64,000 bases of DNA from Candidatus Uhrbacteria bacterium (GTDB taxonomy: Bacteria; Patescibacteriota; Patescibacteriia; JACQRZ01): the NCBI GenBank assembly GCA_016188385.1, contig JACPHV010000002.1, forward strand, positions 101,682 to 165,681, read 5' to 3'. The notes below the pieces were generated by a model, which was not told where the DNA came from, ran no database searches, and saw only the letters and a list, made by a program, of their open reading frames with translations. A program made the translations under genes and the position numbers. How positions within the stretch are numbered: the stretch's first letter is position 1; every line of letters starts with the position of its first letter. Below, in pieces: positions 58,268 to 64,000 of the stretch.

Positions 58268-59692
58268 TCACCCTCCTTTCTGTTGTTCACCATGAAGCTT
58301 CTTGCGAAGCGTTGGTATTAATTTTTTTATATCGATGACTTCTTGTTCTCCACCCCCCATATTACGAATGATAATACTCCCGTCAAGCAGTTCTTTTTGA
58401 CCGAGAATAATTGTCAGTGTCGCGTTGCATTTGTTGGCGATCTCGAGCTGTGCTTTAAGACTATCTTTCGCGAATTCCGCCGCTACGGTAAAACCCTCCC
58501 GTAACAAATCTTCATACAAAACCATTGCCCGCCGTTTTGGCTGCTCCCCAAGCTGCGCGACGAAAATCTCCGGTTCCGCGCGCCGCGGGATCAGCTTCGT
58601 GCCGCTTGCTTTCTCAAGCTCCTTTAATTTCATCACGACTCGCTCGATGCCGATACCGAATCCCGCCGCGGGAGTGCTTAGTCCGCCGAACATCTCGATG
58701 AGGTCATCATAGCGCCCTCCACCGCCAAGCGCGGCCATCCGCGCTGATTGGACATCGGATTCGTTTGTATTCATGACCGCATAAAATTCAAAAACCGTGC
58801 GCGTATAGTAATCCAATCCGCGTACAAGATGCGGATTTGGCTGATAAGGAATCTCAAGTTCGTCAAGACATTCAAGTACTGCGATAAAATGGTCGCGGCA
58901 CGCGTCGCAGAGCGAATCCACGATCGGAGGCGCTTTCGAAATAAGGCTTTGGCACGTCTCGACTTTGCAATCAAGGAGTCGAAGCACATTTTTATTCAGC
59001 CGCCTTTTGCAATCATCGCAAAGCGATGCCCGACGGGCACGATAGTATTCAACAAGCGATTCACGGTACGCGATCCGGCATGAACGGCAGCCTATGCTGT
59101 TCACCTGCACAATCGGTTTGATATGCAATGACGTCAGTAATTTGTATCCAAGCAAGATAAGCTGCGCGTCGACAACCGGCTTGCCTTCGCCGATCACTTC
59201 GCAATTCCATTGCGTATGCTGACGATATCTCCCCTCTTGCGGCTTTTCGTGCCGAAAGAGCGGCCCGAAGGCATAGAGCTTTACCGGCTGCGGCAAAGAA
59301 ACCATTCCGTGCTCGATGTAAGCGCGTGCTATGCCAGCAGTAAACTCCGGCCGCAGCGCGAGATTGTCTCCGCCTTGATCCGTAAAACTGTACATCTCTT
59401 TTTCCACGATATCCGTCTGTTTGCCCAATCCAGCCGTATATACATTCAAATGCTCCACTATCGGAGTGTCAATCCGCATAAAAAGATAGTCATCTCCGAT
59501 CTTTTTAACGATTGATCGAATGTGCTCCCAATATATCTGATCGTGCGGCAAAACATCCTTCATTCCTTTGACAAGCTGGGGTTGCTTGCTTAACCGAGTA
59601 ATGCTCGGGTTGGGCTTGTCACTTTGTTTTATCAATTCTTCTGCTTTTTTTATTCGTGGCATGTGTCGTGTACCGTTACATGTTAACCTCAC
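58268..59692 (-). CDS. hisS: Histidyl-tRNA synthetase
   Basis: KGMKDVLP (compare E. coli RGMNDYLP), class II motifs, the GGGGRYDDL HisRS signature, the insertion domain (CDDCKRRLNKNVLRLLD matches E. coli DEDCKRRMYTNPLRVLD), and a C-terminal anticodon-binding domain. Confidence 0.85.
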   Translation of the reverse strand: MRLTCNGTRHMPRIKKAEELIKQSDKPNPSITRLSKQPQLVKGMKDVLPHDQIYWEHIRSIVKKIGDDYLFMRIDTPIVEHLNVYTAGLGKQTDIVEKEMYSFTDQGGDNLALRPEFTAGIARAYIEHGMVSLPQPVKLYAFGPLFRHEKPQEGRYRQHTQWNCEVIGEGKPVVDAQLILLGYKLLTSLHIKPIVQVNSIGCRSCRIAYRESLVEYYRARRASLCDDCKRRLNKNVLRLLDCKVETCQSLISKAPPIVDSLCDACRDHFIAVLECLDELEIPYQPNPHLVRGLDYYTRTVFEFYAVMNTNESDVQSARMAALGGGGRYDDLIEMFGGLSTPAAGFGIGIERVVMKLKELEKASGTKLIPRRAEPEIFVAQLGEQPKRRAMVLYEDLLREGFTVAAEFAKDSLKAQLEIANKCNATLTIILGQKELLDGSIIIRNMGGGEQEVIDIKKLIPTLRKKLHGEQQKGG

Positions 59693-59698
59693 TTGTGA

Positions 59699-60301
59699 TC
59701 ATTGGTAGGCGGGAACGTCAAAAACTCCGAACCGCTGGAATGGAAACCCTCTCACCCATACGCGTCCCACAATGCTCTCTTTGGAAATCGGTCCGAAATT
59801 TTCCGAATCTTCGCTGACGGGCCGATTATCTCCGAGTACATAATATTCATCTTCGCCCAGCTCCCGATCGTCATAAAGCCCGCTCATGGAACGCGGATGA
59901 TATACATCTTCACGCAACACAAGACCCTGCGTATGTTCCTTCGTAAAGATCGTAATGGCACCATCGCTGATTCGTATCCGTTCCCCTGGTAGCGCGATGA
60001 CACGTTTGATGAGGTAGCGGGATTTTTTTGATGTATCAGAAACGCGATATTGGAATACGACAACCTCGCCCCGTTCTATCTTTCTCAAGCGCAAGGTGAT
60101 CTTATCGATGATCAGATAATCAGAATCGTAAAAGGACGGTTCCATGGATTGACCATGGACGTAAAAAGGTTGGATAAGAAATAAACGTATTGGAAGAATG
60201 AGGGCAACCGCTATAATAAAAACACGCAGGAACTCCTGACCTTGTTCTTTGAGCGCTTGCCACTTTGTAGATTTTTTTTCGGTTGCTTCCCCTAACTCCA
60301 T
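59699..60301 (-). CDS. lepB: Signal peptidase I
   Basis: N-terminal TM. Box B GQSMEPSF (catalytic Ser), box D RGEVVVF, box E GDNRPVSEDS. Confidence 0.8.
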   Translation of the reverse strand: MELGEATEKKSTKWQALKEQGQEFLRVFIIAVALILPIRLFLIQPFYVHGQSMEPSFYDSDYLIIDKITLRLRKIERGEVVVFQYRVSDTSKKSRYLIKRVIALPGERIRISDGAITIFTKEHTQGLVLREDVYHPRSMSGLYDDRELGEDEYYVLGDNRPVSEDSENFGPISKESIVGRVWVRGFPFQRFGVFDVPAYQ

Positions 60302-60390
60302 ACGTTATCCACCTCGTGTACAGTATACACAAAATTAAGGATATTGTCACGCGCTTGCCTTTGTCGTGATAGCGCTCGCACCATTCCCAA

Positions 60391-60464
60391 TGGACAATAC
60401 AGGATTCGAACCTGTGACCTCACCGATGTGAACGGTGCGCTCTAACCAGCTGAGCTAATTGTCC
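60391..60464 (-). tRNA. tRNA-Val (anticodon CAC)
   Basis: The minus-strand sequence GGACAATTAGCTCAGCTGGTTAGAGCGCACCGTTCACATCGGTGAGGTCACAGGTTCGAATCCTGTATTGTCCA has anticodon stem CACCG/CGGTG and loop TTCACAT. Confidence 0.75.
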
Positions 60465-60610
60465 ATGGGGAAAAATGCGTCTGCTCGTGCGCCGAGCTGA
60501 TCAGATGCGCGAACCTTGCTTATACGGACATTCTGCTTGAACCTCCATATTCGCACAATTATTACCATCTTGCAAGCAGTTCTCCTCACTGGTATACTAT
60601 TAAATCAATT

Positions 60611-62041
60611 ATGCACAAGATTCAGATCAACCTGCTCCAGTGCCGGACAGGCTTGCCAAAAAACCAAGACTTGCTGGACGCGTCTCCGCTCTTTGAAGGA
60701 GTGCGAGGCATTGTCATAGCTGGATCAATTTTGCTTGCGTGCCTTCTCGGAGCGACAGGAGTCTATTCTTACTATTCTTCGCAAAAAGACGATTCTTATA
60801 TTTCCCGCTCATGGAATTCGTTTGTCACGTTTGCAAGGCTTGACGCGCTGAATCATTTCACGGAGAGTTTTTCCAAAACTCTCCGAGGCGAATCTGATCG
60901 AATTAACATTTTACTCATTGGCATCGGAGGAGATGGCCACGAAGGGCCTGACCTTGCAGATACGATCATGCTTGCAAGCATCAATCCAAAAGGCAAAAAT
61001 GCCGCACTGTTTTCCGTGCCGCGAGATCTTACCGTACCAATGGAAAAATATGGCATCAGAAAAATTAACAATGCTAACGCCTTTGGCGAACAGGAGCAGG
61101 AAGGCTGGGGCGCGGAGTTTACCCGACTCATCCTTGAAAAAACATTTGACATCCCCATTCACTATTATATACGCATCGACTTCCACGGATTCGAACAATT
61201 GATTGATTCTCTGGGAGGAATTACCGTAGATGTCGAGAACAGGTTCACCGACTACAAATACCCAACGCTGGATAAAAAATATCAAGTTCTTTCATTTGCC
61301 GCGGGAGAACAGACTATGGATGGAGAAACAGCGCTCAAATTCGTACGTTCGCGGCACAGCATAATGAATAACGAGGGATCGGATTTTGCCAGAGGCAAAC
61401 GACAACAAAAAGTATTAGTCGCGATCAAGGAAAAAATGGCGTCGTCAGATGTCTTACTCAATCCCGGCAAGGTATCGGACATCATGGCAATACTTAAGGA
61501 CACCGTAACCACGAACATCTCCTCTTGGGAGTTTGCCCGTTTTATTTCATTGTCAAAAAATCTTGACTTCGGCTCAATGAAAACCGTATCGTTTGACGAT
61601 TCACCTGATGGATTATTGGTATCAAGTATCGGCGTCGACGGTGCGTATATTCTCCAACCGCGCGATGGCACATTCCAAGAAGTGCGCGCCCGCATCAGTA
61701 CGGCATTAGCAGATACTCCTGAAGAAACGAACAGCAAGCATGTATCGGAATCTCCGATTGCAAGCATCAAAAACGGCACCCTCATTGAAGGTTTGGCAGC
61801 CCGCACGGCCACGATACTCCAGGAATCAGGATTCACGATTGATTATGTGGGCAATGCTGAAAACCGCGATGCGGATAAGACACTGCTGTTTGATTTTACC
61901 GATGGAGCGAAAAACGAATCTCTGAAATATTTGAAAACAGTATTTCCTACGGCTGTGATTTCGTATGCTGACCGCGAGCAGTTCCAAGCTCTGCCGAGCA
62001 GTGATTTTCTCATCATTGTCGGCGCCGATAGGAGCAGGTAG
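60611..62041 (+). CDS. LytR-CpsA-Psr (LCP) family cell-envelope polymer transferase
   Basis: N-terminal TM. The LCP catalytic domain is RINILLIGIGGDGHEGPDLADTIMLASINPKGKNAALFSVPRDL...; a C-terminal LytR_C-like domain follows. Confidence 0.8.
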   Translation: MHKIQINLLQCRTGLPKNQDLLDASPLFEGVRGIVIAGSILLACLLGATGVYSYYSSQKDDSYISRSWNSFVTFARLDALNHFTESFSKTLRGESDRINILLIGIGGDGHEGPDLADTIMLASINPKGKNAALFSVPRDLTVPMEKYGIRKINNANAFGEQEQEGWGAEFTRLILEKTFDIPIHYYIRIDFHGFEQLIDSLGGITVDVENRFTDYKYPTLDKKYQVLSFAAGEQTMDGETALKFVRSRHSIMNNEGSDFARGKRQQKVLVAIKEKMASSDVLLNPGKVSDIMAILKDTVTTNISSWEFARFISLSKNLDFGSMKTVSFDDSPDGLLVSSIGVDGAYILQPRDGTFQEVRARISTALADTPEETNSKHVSESPIASIKNGTLIEGLAARTATILQESGFTIDYVGNAENRDADKTLLFDFTDGAKNESLKYLKTVFPTAVISYADREQFQALPSSDFLIIVGADRSR

Positions 62042-62061
62042 CTACCAGATCGTCTGTCGAC

Positions 62062-63495
62062 TCACGGAGTCGCGCGCCGAAACAACGACACAGTTCCCCT
62101 ATCAACTTCGGCGACATAGTGAAGAGTACCGTTGGCATCTACAAAAAAATCCCGCACGCGTTGTCCTTCAACGCTTACCTGATACCGATTCCGATCAGGC
62201 CTCTGCGCGGTCTCGAAGACTTCAAGAACGCCTCCGGAGAGCATAATGGCATACGGTATATTTTTTAACATCGCGATCGACTGTATCGGTACCGATTGCC
62301 TGGAAAGAAGTCTTCTTTGAATTGATTTACCTGATGTCTTTTCAAAAATCACAGCTTCAAAACCGGAAGCTACGACGACGATCAATGGCGGTTTGGCAAA
62401 TAATCCTTGGACGTATGCAAACGGCGTCTGCGCTTGAGCGCTATCAGATGTGTCGATAGACGTTATCACACCCTCCGCGTCTTTGCCGATCACGAAGGGC
62501 GGCACCACGGTCTCAAGAGAAGTAATGCGATCGGCGGGAGCAAGTACGCGGCTTCCAATTCTTGTTCCCGTGGCGGCATCAATGAATACGAGAGATGTAT
62601 CCGCGAGCGAAGTTTCGAGCGCATATAAAGTGTTGCGCGACAGCGCCATATCCGTAAAAGACCCTGCGGCGGCAAGTGGTGTCAGAACGCCGTCAGCGTC
62701 TAATCGAATAATGCCTGACGCAGCCAAAACGAATACTGACTTTTCGTCATCGGACCAGAGCACGCGGTTGATCGGACCTGCAAGATCCTTCGAGACCATT
62801 CTTCCTGTATCATGTTCACCCATGAGCACTATGCCAGCAGCGGAAATGACGACGGCGCGCGAACGCGAAGGAGACGGATAACCTGCGAAAGCATCATCAT
62901 TCTTCGACCGATACAGAGACTTAAAGGTATGGGTATCCAACGAATACTCGATCACCTCATTCTTTCCTGCTAAAAAGATGAATTTGTCAGAAGCCGCGAC
63001 GAGTATCTTTTCGAGAGCCGGGTGTGAAAATACCGCTTGCGGTTCCGAGCCGGAGACCAAGACGGGGTCTGTGACGATTGTCACAGTGCCGGACGTTACG
63101 GATATATCTCGGCGATACGGAGAGTATCCATCTCTTAACAATTCCAAATGATAGGTGCCGGGAAGCAGGTATTTCTTATGGATCGGCGTACGTGAGTCAA
63201 TCGCGCCGAATATCAAATCGCGAAACCGAAAAATCGGATCTCCATTGAGCATAACGCGAGCGCCTGGCGGCGTTGATTCTACAATCAATTCGCCTGTGCG
63301 CTCTATCGCGTTTTTCGCGGGATTATATCGATAGCCTAATCCATAAAAAAGGATCGCGGCAGCCGTAAAAAAAAACGCCCCGACGAAAGAATAAAATAAA
63401 ATACCGCGGGTCACTGATCTCATAGACGTTCGGTTTCGCGCAGCTGCGAACGTATCTTCGCGCGAGCAAGCGCGGTCTTTGCGTACGCAAGCCAA
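62062..63495 (-). CDS. Hypothetical membrane-anchored protein with PEGA domain and beta-propeller-like region
   Basis: N-terminal TM (ILFYSFVGAFFFTAAAILFYGL). The PEGA-like segment is PPGARVMLNGDPI...GTYHLELLRDGYSPYRRDISV. It is convergent with the LCP gene. Confidence 0.5.
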   Translation of the reverse strand: MACVRKDRACSREDTFAAARNRTSMRSVTRGILFYSFVGAFFFTAAAILFYGLGYRYNPAKNAIERTGELIVESTPPGARVMLNGDPIFRFRDLIFGAIDSRTPIHKKYLLPGTYHLELLRDGYSPYRRDISVTSGTVTIVTDPVLVSGSEPQAVFSHPALEKILVAASDKFIFLAGKNEVIEYSLDTHTFKSLYRSKNDDAFAGYPSPSRSRAVVISAAGIVLMGEHDTGRMVSKDLAGPINRVLWSDDEKSVFVLAASGIIRLDADGVLTPLAAAGSFTDMALSRNTLYALETSLADTSLVFIDAATGTRIGSRVLAPADRITSLETVVPPFVIGKDAEGVITSIDTSDSAQAQTPFAYVQGLFAKPPLIVVVASGFEAVIFEKTSGKSIQRRLLSRQSVPIQSIAMLKNIPYAIMLSGGVLEVFETAQRPDRNRYQVSVEGQRVRDFFVDANGTLHYVAEVDRGTVSLFRRATP

Positions 63496-64000
63496 TCAGG
63501 GCTGGGACTTCTGCGATTTTTGTCAAAGATTATCTCTACCACGTCTCCGCTTCGCAGCTTTGTATCAATGGATTGAAGCTGGGTATTGATCTTTGCTCCA
63601 GCGCACCTGCGGCCAAGGTCGCTATGGATCGCAAAAGCAAAATCAATCGGTGTGGCATCCTCCGGCAGATTAATGACATCTCCTTTCGGGGTGAATACAA
63701 AAATGCGATGCTTAAAAATATCAAGCGTGAGAACATGCATGGATTCTTCGCCGCCGGGGTTCTCCTCATTCCATAAAGAAACGATATCTTGCAGCCATTC
63801 GATATTTTTCGTAACGGATCGGGAGATTTTACGCGCCTCATCATAATTCCAGTGCGCCGCGATTCCGTATTTCGCTTCGGCATGCATTTCCGCTGTCTGG
63901 ATTTGAAACTCTACCACTTCCCCTTTCTCGCAAAATACGGTCGTATGAAGCGCGCGATAATTATTAGGTTTTGGCTGCGCTATGTAATCTTTCATGCGGC
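63420..64000 (-). CDS. (p)ppGpp synthetase/hydrolase RelA/SpoT family, C-terminal part only (the gene continues beyond the window)
   Basis: The synthetase-domain tail YRALHTTV and the TGS domain (...SGDVVEIIF) are present, followed by the C-terminus. The N-terminal portion lies upstream of base 64000. Confidence 0.7.
   Translation of the reverse strand, partial: RMKDYIAQPKPNNYRALHTTVFCEKGEVVEFQIQTAEMHAEAKYGIAAHWNYDEARKISRSVTKNIEWLQDIVSLWNEENPGGEESMHVLTLDIFKHRIFVFTPKGDVINLPEDATPIDFAFAIHSDLGRRCAGAKINTQLQSIDTKLRSGDVVEIIFDKNRRSPSPDWLAYAKTALARAKIRSQLRETERL

Noticed and set aside
1-64000. CRISPR arrays, rRNA genes, prophage structural genes
   Set aside because: No regularly spaced direct repeats with unique spacers, no 16S/23S/5S conserved blocks, and no capsid, terminase or tail-like ORFs were seen anywhere in the window.

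Overview
The window reads as a contiguous chromosomal segment of a small-genome bacterium; CPR/Patescibacteria-like organisation is my inference. Most of it is housekeeping. Glycolysis: eno (5' partial), gpmI, tpiA. Cell shape and division: mreB, mreC, ftsA, ftsZ, scpB. Translation: lepA, gltX, cysS, hisS, rplU, rpsU, and seven tRNAs (Lys-TTT, Pro-CGG, Thr-TGT, Tyr-GTA, Thr-GGT, Val-CAC). Replication and repair: recJ, rnhA, dnaB, recR, mpg. Envelope and polysaccharide: a WbaP-like sugar phosphotransferase, a GT4 glycosyltransferase, a WecA-like transferase, an epimerase, an LCP-family protein, an M23 peptidase, an L,D-transpeptidase, lepB, dgkA and ybeY. Other: an aguB-aguA agmatine module, corA, and a partial relA/spoT at the 3' edge. 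An RNase P RNA (rnpB) with unusually large helix expansions lies at about 9.09-9.74 kb. No rRNA or CRISPR array was seen. The stretches that stand out are these. (1) A family of about 176-bp elements bounded by terminal inverted repeats (MITE/REP-like), plus solo-hairpin derivatives. Two full copies in inverted orientation bracket a 2.4-kb cassette that carries a tyrosine recombinase and a small membrane protein. Several gene stop codons sit inside the element's terminal repeats. (2) A minus-strand surface-protein locus at 43.1-58.0 kb. It holds two thrombospondin-type-3 (TSP3) calcium-binding-repeat proteins, a membrane protein, and a giant ORF of about 2,850 aa. That ORF carries about 35 tandem Cys-rich modules of the form CGNG..E..EQCDDGD......C.N.C (Myxococcus-type cysteine-rich repeat) and a new repeat of about 110 aa with the signature FxC.GN.C.DD...GNQH. 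The giant ORF stops at a near-identical 175-bp internal duplication. An 854-aa ORF that is homologous to the giant's C-terminal modules follows out of frame, which suggests one gene of about 3,700 aa broken by a frameshift or by a repeat mis-assembly. (3) tRNA-Lys and tRNA-Pro are each flanked by partial duplications of themselves, a scar pattern typical of integration at tRNA genes. (4) A compact plus-strand trio of unrecognisable ORFs at 33.75-34.72 kb. All functional calls rest on motif recognition by eye; no database searches were run.
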